Source: Mobula hypostoma
Taxonomy: Eukaryota
Length of the DNA stretch: 64,000 nucleotides
NCBI RefSeq assembly: GCF_963921235.1
Contig: NC_086098.1
Location: forward strand, 1,054,001 to 1,118,000
Direction: 5' to 3'
The notes under the pieces are model-generated. The model was not told the origin of the DNA. It saw only the letters and a program-made list of their open reading frames with translations, and did not search any database. The position numbers and the translations under genes are program-made. How positions within the stretch are numbered: the first letter of the stretch is position 1; the number at the start of each line of letters is the position of its first letter. Below, one piece after another: positions 50,680 through 62,757 of this stretch.

Positions 50680-53350
50680 TGTGGTTTTTATAAATGACCT
50701 GGATGAGAAAGTCAAAGGGTGGGTTAGTAAGTTTGCTGATGACACAGAAGTTGGGGGAGTTGGAGGTGTTGTGGGTAGTCTGGAGGGTTGTCAGAGTTTA
50801 CAATGAGACATCGATAGAATGCAGAACTGGGCTGCAAAGTGGCAGATGGAGTTCAACCCAGTTAAGTGTGAAGTGGTTCATTTTAGTGGGTCAAATTTGA
50901 AGGCAGAATATAAATGGCAAGACTGTTGGCAGTGTGGAGGATCTGAGAGATAGTAGTCATAGTCATACTTTATTGATCCCGGGGGAAATTGGTTTTCATT
51001 ACAGTTGCACCATAAATAATAAATAGTAATAGAACCATAAATAGTTAAATAGTAATATGTAAATTATGCCAGTAAGTTATGAAATAAGTCCAGGACCAGC
51101 CTATTGGCTCAGGGTGTCTGACCCTCCAAGGGAGGAGTTGTAAAGTTTGATGGCCACAGGCAGGAATGACTTCCTATGATGCTCTGTGCTGCATCTCGGT
51201 GGAATGAGTCTGTGGCTAAATGTACCTCTTGTGCCCACCCAGTACATTATGTAGTGGATGGGAGACATTGAACAAGATAGCATGCAACTTAGACAGCATC
51301 CTCTTTTCAAACACCACCGTGAGAGAGTCCAGTTCCATCCCCACAACATCGCTGGCCTTACAAATGAGTTTGTTGATTCTGTTGGTGTCTGCTACCCTCA
51401 GCCTACTGCCCCAGCACACGACAGCAAACGTGATAGCACTGGCCACCACAGAGTCGTAGAACATCCTCAGCATCGTCCGGCAGATGTTAAAGGACCTCAG
51501 TCTCCTCAGGAAATAGAGATGGCTCTGACACTTCTTGTAGACAGCCTCAGTCTTCTTTGACCAATCCAGTTTATTGTCAATTCATATCCCCAGGTATTTG
51601 TAATCCTCCACCATGTCCACACTGACCCCCTGGATTGAAACAGGGGTCACCGGTACCTTAGCTCTCCTCAGGTCTACCACCAGCTCCTTAGTCTTTTTCA
51701 CATTAAGCTGCAGATAATTCTGCTCACACCATGTGACAAAGTTTCCTACCGTAGTCCTGTACTCAGCCTCATCTCCCTTGCTGATACATCCAACTATGGC
51801 AGAGTCATCCAAAAACTTCTGAAGATGACAAGACTGTATGCAGTAGTTGAAGTCCGAGGCTTAAATGGTGAAGAGAAAGGGAGACAAGACAGTCCCCTGT
51901 GGAGCCCAAGTGCTGCTGATCACTCTGTCGGACACACAATGTTGTAAGCACACATACTGTGGTCTGCCAGTCAGGTAGTCAAGAATCCATGATACCAGGG
52001 AAGCATCCACCTGCATTGCTGTCAGCTTCTCCCCCAGCAGAGCAGAGCGGATGTTGTTGAACGCATTGGAGAAGTCAAAAAACATGACCCTCACAGTGCT
52101 CGCTGGCTTGTCCAGGTGGGCGTAGACACGGTTCAGCAGGTAGACGATGGCATCCTTAACTCCTAGTCGGGGCTGGTAGGCAAACTGGAGGGGATCTAAG
52201 TGTGGCCTGACCATAGGCCGGAGCACCTCCTGAACAAGTCTGTCCAGGGTCTTCATGATGTGGGAGGTCAATGCCACCGGTCTGTAGTCATTGAGGCCGC
52301 TGGGGCGCGGCATCTTCGGCACAGGGACGAGGCAGGACATCTTCCACAGTACAGGAACCCTCCGGAGCCTCAGGCTCATGTTGAATACATGGCGAAGTAC
52401 TCCACATAGCTGAGGGGCACAGGCTTTGAGCACCCTGGTACTGATACCATCCGGTCCTGCAGCCTTGCTTGGGTTGAGACGTTTCAGCTGTCTTCTCACC
52501 TGTTCAGCCATGAAGCCTACTGTGGTGGTTTTGTGTGGGGAAGGAGTATAGTCATGAGAGCAGGGTGGGGGACTGTGAGGAGGGGTAGGAGGGGAGAGTG
52601 GAATATGTGTTGGTTGGGGACTGACAACAGATGGCTCATGTAGGGGTTGGGCAGGAGCCACAATGTCAAATCTGTTAAAGAACAGGTTAAGATCTTGGGG
52701 TCTGTGTCCATAGGACACTCAAAGCTGCTACATAGGTTGTTAAGAAGGCGTATGGTGTGATGGCCTTCATCAACTGTGGGATTGAGTTCAAGAGCCATGA
52801 AGTAATGTTACAGCTACGTAAGATCTTGGGTAGACCCTACTTGGAGTACTGTGTTCAGTTCTTGTCACCTCATTGCAGGAAGAATGTAGATACTATAGAA
52901 AGAGTGCAGAGGAGGTTTACAAGGATATTGTCTGGATTAGTGAACATATCTAATGAGAATAGGTTGAGTGAACTTGGCCTTTTCTCCTTGGAGCTACGGA
53001 GGATGAGAGGTGACCTGATAGAGGTGTATAAGATGAGCGGCATTGATTGTGTGGATAGCCAGAGGCTTTTTCCCAGGGCTGAACATGAGGGGGTGTAGTT
53101 TTAAGATGTTTGGGAGTAAGTATAAAGGGGATGATAGAGTTAAGCTTTTCCACACAGAGAGGGATGGGTGCGTGGAATGCCCTACCAACAACGGTGGTAG
53201 AGGCAGATAAAATACGGTCTTTTAAGAGCCTCTTAGATAGGTACATGGAGCTTAGAAAAATAGAAGACTATGTGGTAGCGAAATTCTAAGCAGTTTCTCA
53301 AGTAGGTTTAGTGGTCGGCACAACATTGTGGTCCAAAGGGCCTGTAATGT
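50680..53350 (+). mobile_element. CR1 3' part (50680-50950 and 52690-53350) split by a Rex1
   Basis: KFADDT...GSVEDLRD|LGV rejoins across the insert. Confidence 0.8.
50951..52689 (-). mobile_element. Rex1 LINE 3' part (third subfamily)
   Basis: ORF 51861-52718 KAAGPDG..DYRPVALTSHIMK..LDPLQFAY..MFFDFSNAFN..APQGTVLSPFLF; (ATGACT)n tail. Confidence 0.88.
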
Positions 53351-53364
53351 GCTTCAATTTATTT

Positions 53365-53588
53365 CTTAATAAATGATCCTGTTCTGAGTTTGTACATTTT
53401 CCTTGTGACCGCGTGGAGTCCTCTGGTTGTTTCGGCTTCCTCTCGCAGTCCAACGAAGTACCAATTTGTAGGTTAGTTGATCATTGTAGATTGTCCCATG
53501 ATTAGGCTAGAATTAATTTGGGGGATTGCTGGGCAGTGAGGCTCGAAGGGCCAGAAGGGCCTAATCCACTCTGCATCTGCGTAAACAA
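53365..53588 (+). mobile_element. V-SINE (HE1-like) body, 5' truncated
   Basis: Homologous to 62540-62733 (GAGTTTGTA..TGTGACC.CGTGG..TTCCTC..CAGTCCAA). Confidence 0.65.
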
Positions 53589-53674
53589 ATAGTATTTTTT
53601 GGATGTTATTTAATCTTTTAATTCATAAGATATCAAAAAGAATGAAAAGTTAAATGTTTGGCTTTTGCTCTAGG

Positions 53675-54035
53675 AATGTAAACCTCTCGAATATTGAAAG
53701 GACTAGTAGAGTGGACCTCGGAAGGGTGTTTCCTGTTGAAAGTGAACCTTAGACCAGAGGACACCACCTCAGAACAGAAGGACATCCTCGTAGAACAGAG
53801 ATGTGGGGGATTTTCTTTGGAAAGAGGGTGATGAATCTGTAGAATTCATTGGCTGTGGCGGCCAAGTGATTGGGTACATTTATGCTGGAGGTTTATAGGT
53901 TCTTGATTAGTAAAGGTGTCAAAAGTTACAGGGAGAAGGCAGGAGAATGGGTTTGAGAGAGATTATAAATTGGCCAAGTTGGAATGGCAGAGCTGATTCA
54001 ATGGGCTAAACTCTGCTATGTCTTATGGCCTTAAA
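53675..54035 (+). mobile_element. CR1 3' fragment, old
   Basis: TRGHHLRT...RVMNL remnant; TCTTATGG tail. Confidence 0.7.
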
Positions 54036-54587
54036 CTATAAAGTTGTAGAGTCTGTGAGTGAGGGAACAAAAGAGTGCCATTGTTGTAGGAATGCAAAGC
54101 ATTTCAATGAGATTGAACCTGGAAAATTCAGTTGCCTTCTCGAACAGGTCATGCAGAAGTATGGATATGTCAAATAATAGTAAAGGGGAGCAAATGTGAT
54201 GAATGTTTACTTGGGAGTACAAATAAGAGAACCTCTCGTGTAAAATCCAATGCTGATTAAATAAACGCAGTTTTATCTGCAAAATATTGTTAACGCACCA
54301 TTCTCACATTCAGTGGTCCACAGCACTGACAGCATCTGAAGCAGAGATTGTACTCTCTGGAAATTATTAATTAATTTACTTTTGGTGAGATTCCAGTTTA
54401 CATTGAAGTTCAAAATGTTCAAAGTAGATTTATTATCAGAGTACATATATGTTACCATATCCTACCCTGAGATTAGTTTTCTTACTGCATTCACAGCAGG
54501 AGAAAGAATGAATGAAAAACTGCACACAAACATCGACAACTAAATTGCAAAAGAAAATCTGTACAAATAGAAAATAATAATAAATAA

Positions 54588-56353
54588 GGGGAGCAAGGAC
54601 ATGGCAGACCAATTGAATAATTACTTTGGTTCTGTCTTCACTAAGGAGGACATAAATAATCTTCCAGAAATAGTAAGGGACAGAGGGTCCAGTGAGATGG
54701 AGGAACTGAGCGAAATACATGTTAGTAGGGAAGTGGTGTTAGGTAAATTGAAGGGATTGAAGGCAGATAAATCCCCAGGGCCAGATGGTCTGCATCCCAG
54801 AGTGCTTAAGGAAGTGGCCCAAGAAATAGTGGATGCATTAGTGATAATTTTTCAAAACTCGTTAGATTCTGGACTAGTTCCTGAGGATTGGAGGGTGGCT
54901 AATGTAACCCCACTTTTTAAAAAAGGAGGGAGAGAGAAACCGGGGAATTATAGGCCGGTTAGCCTAACGTCGGTGGTGGGGAAACTGCTGGAGTCAGTTA
55001 TCAAGGATGTGATAACAGCACATTTGGAAAGCGGTGAAATGATCGGACAAAGTCAGCATGGATTTGTGAAAGGAAAATCATGTCTGACGAATCTCTTAGA
55101 ATTTTTTGAGGATGTAACTAGTAGAGTGGATAGGGGAGAACCAGTGGATGTGGTATATTTGGATTTTCAAAAGGCTTTTGACAAGGTCCCACATAGGAGA
55201 TTAGTGTGCAAACTTAAAGCACACGGTATTGGGGGCAAGGTATTGGTGTGGGTGGAGAATTGGTTAGCAGACAGGAAGCAAAGAGTGGGAATAAACGGGA
55301 CCTTTTCAGAATGGCAGGCGGTGACTAGTGGGGTACCGCAAGGCTCAGTGCTGGGACCCCAGTTGTTTACAATATATATTAATGACTTGGATGAGGGAAT
55401 TAAATGCAGCATCTCCAAGTTTGCGGATGACACAAAGCTGGGTGGCAGTGTTAGCAGTGAGGAGGATGCTAAGAGGATGCAGGGTGACTTGGATAGGTTG
55501 GGTGAGTGGGCAAACTCATGGCAGATGCAATTTAATGTGGATAAATGTGAAGTTATCCACTTTGGTGGCAAAAATAGGAAAACAGATTATTATCTGAATG
55601 GTGGCCGATTAGGAAAAGGGGAGGTGCAGCGAGACCTGGGTGTCATTATACACCAGTCATTGAAAGTGGGCATGCAGGTACAGCAGGCGGTGAAAAAGGC
55701 GAACGGTATGCTGGCATTTATAGCGAGAGGATTCGAGTACAGGAGCAGGGAGGTACTACTGCAGTTGTACAAGGCCTTGGTGAGACCACACCTGGAGTAT
55801 TGTGTGCAGTTTTGGTCCCCTAATCTGAGGAAAGACATCTTTGCCATAGAGGGAGTACAAAGAAGGTTCACCAGATTGATTCCTGGGATGGCAGGTCTTT
55901 CATATGAAGAAAGACTGGATGAACTGGGCTTGTACTCGTTGGAATTTAGAAGATTGAGGGGGGATCTGATTGAAACGTATAAGATCCTAAAGGGATTGGA
56001 CAGGCTAGATGCGGGAAGATTGTTCCCGATGTTGGGGAGGTCTAGAACGAGGGGTCACAGTTTGAGGATAGAGGGGAAGCCTTTTAGGACCGAGGTTAGG
56101 AAAAACTTCTTCACACAGAGAGTGGTGAATCTGTGGAATTCTCTGCCACAGCAAACTGTTGAGGCCAGTTCATTAGCTATGTTTAAAAGGAAGTTAGATA
56201 TGGCCCTTGTGGCTACAGGGGTCAGGGGGTATGGAGGGAAGGCTGGGTTCTGAGTTGGATGATCAGCCATGATCATAATAAATGGCGGTGCAGGCTCGAA
56301 GGGCTGAATGGCCTACTCCTGCGCCTATTTTCTATGTTTCTATGTTTCTATGT
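54588..56353 (+). mobile_element. Young 5'-truncated CR1 with an uninterrupted 550-aa RT/C-terminal ORF (54601-56253)
   Basis: All RT motifs intact; (TTCTATGT)n tail; taaataa TSD at 54581-54587 and 54354+2000=56354-56360; inserted in a minus-strand Rex-type 3' end (about 54405-56930). Confidence 0.93.
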
Positions 56354-57054
56354 TAAATAACGCTGAGAACAAGAGTTAGAAAAATAGAACGTAGAAAACC
56401 TGCAGCAGAATACAGGCCCTTTGGCCCACAAAGCTGTGCCAAACATTATTTACTTCAGAAATTACCTAGGGTTACCCATAGCCCTCTATTTTTCTAAGCT
56501 CCATGTACCTATCCAGGAGTCTCTTAAACGACCCTATCATATCCGCCTCCACCACCATTGCTGGTAGCCCATTCCACGCACTCACCACTCTTTGCATAAA
56601 AAAAACTTAGCCGTTGCCCCTGAGTCGTGGAATCCTTGAAAGCGAGTCCATAGGTTGTGGTTCATAGTCCATAGTTCAGTGTTGAGGTGAGTGTTATCCC
56701 CTCTGGTTCAAGAGCCTGATGGTTGAGGAGTGATAACTGTTCCTGAACCTGGTGGTTTAGGACATGAGTCTCCTGTATCACCTCCTCGATGGCAACAGCA
56801 GGAAGAGAGCATGGCCTGGATGGTGAAGGTCCTTGCAGCACTCCTTGTAGTTATGCTTAGTGGCGGGGAGGGCTTTTCCTGAGATCAACTGATCAGTATC
56901 CGCTACTTTCCGTTCTTGGGTTTTGGTGTTTTTGGAAAATTTGGGTTGGGAGTGTGAATAAGAAAGGGATATGAATATATTGTATGAATAGAATTCAACC
57001 CCTGTAAGACAGGCTGACTTATTGTGACATCCTTAATGTTTTCTGTACCTACAG

Positions 57055-57382
57055 ATGGGAAACTCTATGGGCAGGGGAACCTGAGAAAGTGAATATCTCA
57101 CAGGCTCGCCAGTTTACACCGTGCATTAAACAAATTAACTTCACCACAAACTTGATTCGCCTGGAACTGAACAGTTCTCTCCTAGAATACTATACTGAAT
57201 TGGATGCTGTACTGCTACATGGTGTCAGGGATAGACCTCTTTCCCTACATAAACCATCCATGTTAGATCTGGACGATGAAGACAAGGAAGATCATAGTAG
57301 AGAATTCTTCAATGAACAGTTCAGTGAAAAGATCTTACCTGAATTTACCAAGAATGGTTATTTTGGAAAGCTGCCTTATGAG
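57055..57382 (+). CDS. FBXL4: FBXL4 second coding exon (328 nt), ending at the start of the F-box
   Basis: Acceptor ttttctgtacctacag|A completes the AG+A Arg codon from the previous exon. Reads [57 protein letters not shown]...[10 protein letters not shown]. Donor GAG|gtaagg at 57382/57383. Confidence 0.95.
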
Positions 57383-57446
57383 GTAAGGATAATGATAATA
57401 GTTTGCAATAGATTTTATTGGATCACATCTGTGTGTCTTTAATATA

Positions 57447-58815
57447 CACTCAGTGGCTACTTGATTAGGTACACCTGCACACCTTTACTTTACTCTATTG
57501 TCGCCAAACAATTGATACTAGAGCGTACAATCATCACAGCGATATTTGATTCTGCGCTTCCCGCTCCCTGGAGTACAAGTTGATAGTAAATATTAAAAAT
57601 TTAAATTATAAATCATAAATAGAAAGTAGAAAAGGGAAAGTAAGGTAGTTCAAAAAAACCGAGAGGCAGGTCCGGATATTTGGAGGGTACGGCCCAGATC
57701 CAGTGCAGGATCCGTTCAGCAGTCTTATCACAGTTGGAAAGAAGCTGTTTCCAAATCTGGCCGTACGAGTCTTGAAGCTACTGAGCCTTCTCCCGGAGGG
57801 AAGAGGGACGAAAAGTGTGTTGGCTGGGTGGGTTGTGTCCTTGATTATCCTGGCAGAACTGCTCCGACACCGTGCGGTGTAAAGTGAGTCCAAGGACGGA
57901 AGATTGGTTTGTGTGATGTGCTGGGCTGTGTTCACGATCTTCTGCAGCTTCTTCCGGTCTTGGACAGGACAACTTCCATACCAGGTTGTGATGCACCCTA
58001 GAAGAATGCTTTCTACGGTGCAGCTATAAAAATTAGTTAGGGTTTTAGGGGACAGGCCAAATTTCTTTAGTTTTCTCAGCAAGTAAAGGCGCTAGTGGGC
58101 CTTCTTGGCAGTGAACTCTGCTTGGTTGGACCAAGTCAGGTCATTTGTGACATTGACCCCGAGGAACTTAAAGCTTTTGACCTGTTCCACTCGCGCACCA
58201 CCGATGTAAATTGGGTCGTGTGGTCCGCTACTCCTTCTGAAGTCAACAACCAATTCCTTCATCTTGCTGACGTTGAGGGATAGGTTATTGTCTTCGCACC
58301 ATGCCACCAGGTTCTTAATTTCTTCTCTGTACTCAAACTCATGATTACCCAAGATACGGCCTACAATTGTGGTGTCATCTGCTTGTTGATGCTAATATCT
58401 AATCAGCAGCAACTCAATGCGTGAGCGCATGCAGTCATGGTCAAAAGGTTCAGTTGTTGTTCAGACTAAACATCAGCATGGGGAAGAATTGTGATCTAAG
58501 TGACTTTGACCATGGAATGATTATAAGTTCCAGTTGGCGTTTACAGAGAATGATGCAAGAAACAAAAAAAAATTCCAATGAGTGGCAGTTCTGTTGGCGA
58601 ATAGCCTTGTAAATGTGAATAGTTACAGGAGAATCGCCAGACTGGTTCAAGCTGACAAGAAGGCGACAGTAGCTCAAATAACCACGCGTTACAGCAGCAG
58701 TGTGCAGAAAAGCAGCTATGAATACGTAACATGTTGAACCTTGAACTGGATGTCTATAGCAGCAGAAGATCACATTGGGTTCCACTCCTATACCTAATAT
58801 ACTGGCCATTACCTG
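57447..58815 (+). mobile_element. Tc1/mariner non-autonomous element (about 470 bp) split by a Rex1
   Basis: TA|CACTCAGTGGC.ACTT.ATTAGGTACA left TIR, decayed right TIR followed by TA; remnant MGKNCDLSDFDHGMII; lone left TIR copy at 9378-9415. Confidence 0.7.
57484..58378 (-). mobile_element. Rex1/Babar 3' fragment (young)
   Basis: ORFs 58092-58352 and 57606-58082 are near-identical to 48302-48646 and 48656-49033. Confidence 0.9.
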
Positions 58816-59199
58816 TACTTAATAAGTAATGCATTTTTTATTGGATGGTTCAGGAACTCTGGTCTTGAATTAGTAAATAATATGATTACAGGCCTTCATC
58901 ACTTCTGTTGTTCATTCCAGAGATATATTTTTATATCTGTCTATTGTGTCTATTGATCTGGATATTGGCAGTATTTTGGATAATTCAGCTCAATAATGTG
59001 AGATTTATACATCAACATTGACTGTGATTTTCAGTCAACAGCTTGCCCTTCCACCCTGGGGCATTTAAATTTTGTTTAAGATAATTGTAGACACACCATG
59101 TTAGTAACTAAGCATTTTGAATTAGGGTAGTTGAAGTGTTGGAAGTCCATTTATTAAAATCTAAAATGTAACTTTAGTGTGGTTTGAACACTAAAAAGA

Positions 59200-61850
59200 C
59201 CTTGATGGGAGTTAAAACAGTCCTCCGAACAGTAGCCAAGATGTGGGATATAAATTTCAACAGGATGTACAGCAGGCATGTTATAAGGGTAATGTTACAA
59301 TAGTCATCGGGGATTTTAATATGTAGGCAGATTGGGAATATCAGCTTGATACTGTATCCTAAGAAAAGGAATTTATAGAATGCCTACGAGATGGCTTTTT
59401 AGAGCAGCTCGTGGTTGAGCCCACTAGAGGAAAGGCAATTCTAGGTTTTATGTTGTAAAACAAACCTGTTTTGATTAGGGAATTTAAGGAAAAGGAACCC
59501 TGAGGAAGCAGCGATCAGAATATGATAGAAGTCACCTTGCAGTTTGAGAGAGAGAAGGTAAAGTCAGATGTGTTACAGTGGAGTAAAATGAATTACAGAG
59601 GCATGAGAGAGGAGCTGGCCAAAATTGATGCAAAGAGACATTGGCAGGGATGATGGCAAAACAGCAATGGAGAGAAAATACAAAAACTGAGGTACATACG
59701 GATTTGGGAGTCCTTGTGTAGGAATCCCTGAAGGCTTATTTGCAGGTTGAGTCTGTAGTGAGGAAGACAAATGCAATGTTCACATTCATTTCAAAAGGAC
59801 CAGAATATAAATGCAAGGATGTAATGTTGAGACTTTATGAAGCACTGGTGATGCCTCACTTGGAGTATTGTGAACAGGTTTGGGCCCCTTATCTTAGAAA
59901 AGATGTGCTGAAACTGCAGAGGGTTCAAGGGAGGTTCATGGAAACCATTTCAGGATTGAATAGCTTGTCATATGAAGAGTGTTTGATGGCTCTGGGCCTG
60001 TATTCACTAGAATTCAGAAGTATGAGGAGTGACCTCATTGAAACCAATCAAATGGTGAATGGTGAATGCAGAGCTCGTTGACTTTATTAACTTTGCCTCC
60101 AACTTTCACCCTGCCCTCAAGTTTACCTGGTCCATTTCCGACACCTCCCTCCCCTTTCTAGATCTTTCTGTCTCTGTCTCTGGAGACAGCTTATCCACTG
60201 ATGTCTACTATAAGCCTACTGACTCTCACAGCTATCTGGACTATTTCTCTTCTCACCCTGTCTCTTGCAAAAACGCCATCCCCTTCTCGCAATTCCTCCA
60301 TCTCCACCGCATCTGCTCTCAGGATGAGGCTTTTCATTCTAGGACGAGGGAGATGTCCTCCTTTTTTAAAGAAAGGGGCTTCCCTTCCTCCACTATCAAA
60401 TCTGCTCTTAAACGCATCTCCCCCATTTCACGTACATCTGCTCTCACTCCATCCTCCTGCCACCCCACTAGGAATAGGGTTCCCCTGGTCCTCACCTACC
60501 ACCCCACCAGCCTCCGGGTCCAACATATTATTCTCCGTAACTTCTGCCACCTCCAACGGGATCCCACCACTAAGCACATCTTTCCCTCCCCCCCCCCGCA
60601 TTCCGCAGGGATCGCTCCCTATGCGACTCCCTTGTCCATTCGTCCCCTCCATCCCTCCCCACTGATCTCCCTCCTGGCACTTATCCGTGTAAGCGGAACA
60701 AGTGCTACACATGCCCTTACACTTCCTCCCTTACCACCATTCAGGGCCCCAAACAGTCCTTCCAGGTGAGGCAACACTTCACCTGTGAGTCGGCTGGGGT
60801 GATATACTGCGTCCGGTGTCCCGATGTGGCCTTTTATATATTGGCGAGACCCGACGCAGACTGGGAGACCGCTTTGCTGAACACCTATGCTCTGTCCGCC
60901 AGAGAAAGCAGGATTTCCCAGTGGCCACGCATTTTAATTCCACATCCCATTCCCATTCTGACATGTCTATCCACGGCCTCCTCTACTGTAAAGATGAAGC
61001 CACACTCAAGTTGGAGGAACAACACCTTATATTCCGTCTGGGTAGCCTCCAACCTGATGGCATGAACATCGACTTCTCTAACTTCCGCTAATGCCCCACC
61101 TCCCCCTCGTACCCCATCTGTTACTTATTTTTATACACACATTCTTTCTCTTACTCTCCTTTTTCTCCCTCTGTCCCTCTGAATATACCCCTTGCCCATC
61201 CTCTGGGTCCCCCCCCCCATCTTTCTTCCTGGACCTCCTGTCCCATGATCCTCTCGTATCCCTTTTGCCTATCACCTGTCTAGCTCTTGGCTCTATCCCT
61301 CCCCCTCCTGTCTTCTCCTATTATTTTGGATCTCCCCCTCCCCCTCCAACTTTCAAATCCCTTACTCACTCTTCCTTCAGTTAGTCCTGACAAAGGGTCT
61401 CGGCCTGAAACGTTGACTGTACCTCTTCCTAGAGATGCTGCCTGGCCTGCTGCGTTCACCAGCAACTTTTATGTGTGTTGAATGGTGAAAGGTCTTGATT
61501 GAGTGGACGTGGAGAGGATCTTTCCTGTCGTGGGACTGTCTAAGACCAGTAGACACAGCCTCAGAATAGACAGGCATCCTTGTAGAACAGAAATAAGGAG
61601 GAATATCTTTAGCCAGAGAGTGGTAAATCTGTGGAATTCATTGCCACAGGCAGCTGTGGAGGCCAAGTCTTTATGCGTATTTAAGGCAGCAATTGATAGG
61701 TTTTTGCTTGGTCAGGAAATGAAGGGATAAGGAGAGAATACAGGAGATTAGAGCTAAGAGGAAAATTGGATCAACCATGATAAAATAGCAGAACAGACTT
61801 GATGGGCAAATGGCCTAATTCTGTTCCTGTATCTTATTGTCTTATGGTGT
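59200..61850 (+). mobile_element. CR1 fragments (59200-59690, 59740-60066, 61481-61850), the last two split by a Penelope element
   Basis: GDFN...; LYEALVMPHLEYC...DLIETNQMV|KGLD rejoins across the insert. Confidence 0.8.
60067..61480 (+). mobile_element. Penelope-like element, 5' truncated, single orientation
   Basis: FHPALKFT..LPFLDL..YYKPTDSHSYLDY RT end, GIY-YIG ORF 60816-61091 and pseudo-LTR; (tg)aatggtgaa duplicated at both junctions. Confidence 0.9.
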
Positions 61851-61899
61851 TGTGACCCCAGCTGTATAAGTGTGCCTGAGACCTTTGTACAGTACTGTA

Positions 61900-62757
61900 G
61901 GTGGGAAAAGGGAGGCGGTCCAAAATATAGGGAGCTTGGCTGAAAGATGAAAAGCAGGACTTCCAGGGTAATGATCTCTGGATTTTTTTCCCATGCCACA
62001 CACACCAGTGAGGGTAAGAATAGAATGATTTGGCAGTTGAATGTTTGGCTGAAGAATTGGTGCTGGGGGCAAGATTTAATTTTTTTTGGATGATTGCGAT
62101 ATCTTCTGGGGAAGTTACAACCTGTACAAAAGGACAGGAAACGCCTGAACCTGAGCGGTACCAATATCCATGAGGGCTGTTTTGCAAGCATTGTGGGGGA
62201 GGGCTATAATAAATTGGCATGGGGATGGGAACTGGAGTGACAGGGTTGAAGATGGAACAGTTGGTATACAACCAGATACAGTGTGTGAAAGTGAGTTAAA
62301 GTGTAATGGGGAACAAAATCAAATAGGTAGTGACGAAAGAACTATAAAGGTGTTATATTTCAATGCACACAGTATACAGAATAAAATAGGTGATCTTGTA
62401 GCGCAGTTAGAAATTGGCATGTATAACGCTGTGGACATTATTGCTCATGACTAAAAGAAGGAGCGACATGGTAGCGTAGTGGTAAGCACAACGCTTTACG
62501 GTACCAGCACCTTAGGTTCAGTTCCTGCCCGCTCCCTGTCAGGAGTTTGTATGTACTTCCTGTGACCACGTGGGTTTCCTCCAAGTGCTCCAGTTTCCTC
62601 TGACAGTCCAAAAGACATACAGGTTGGTAGGTTGATTGGTCATTGTAAATTGGCCCCTGTTTAGGCTAGGATTAAATTTGGGGATTGCTGGGTGGTGCAG
62701 CTGGCAGGGCCTATCCTGTGCTGTATCTCAATAATTGGGAGCTTAACATCCAAGGAT
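61900..62757 (+). mobile_element. CR1 5' relic (ORF1 end and endonuclease start), host of a SINE
   Basis: IKVLYFNAHSIQNKIGDL..; continues after the SINE as WELNIQG. Confidence 0.65.
62462..62733 (+). mobile_element. tRNA-derived V-SINE (HE1-like), near full length
   Basis: A box TAGCGTAGTGG and B box GGTTCAGTTCC, followed by the V-SINE-like core. Confidence 0.75.

Noticed and set aside
57383..57442. C-terminal tail [11 protein letters not shown]... of ORF 57089-57442
   Set aside because: Read-through past the GT donor into intron.
62462..62530. tRNA gene
   Set aside because: A and B boxes are present, but I see no complete cloverleaf and it runs directly into a SINE core.
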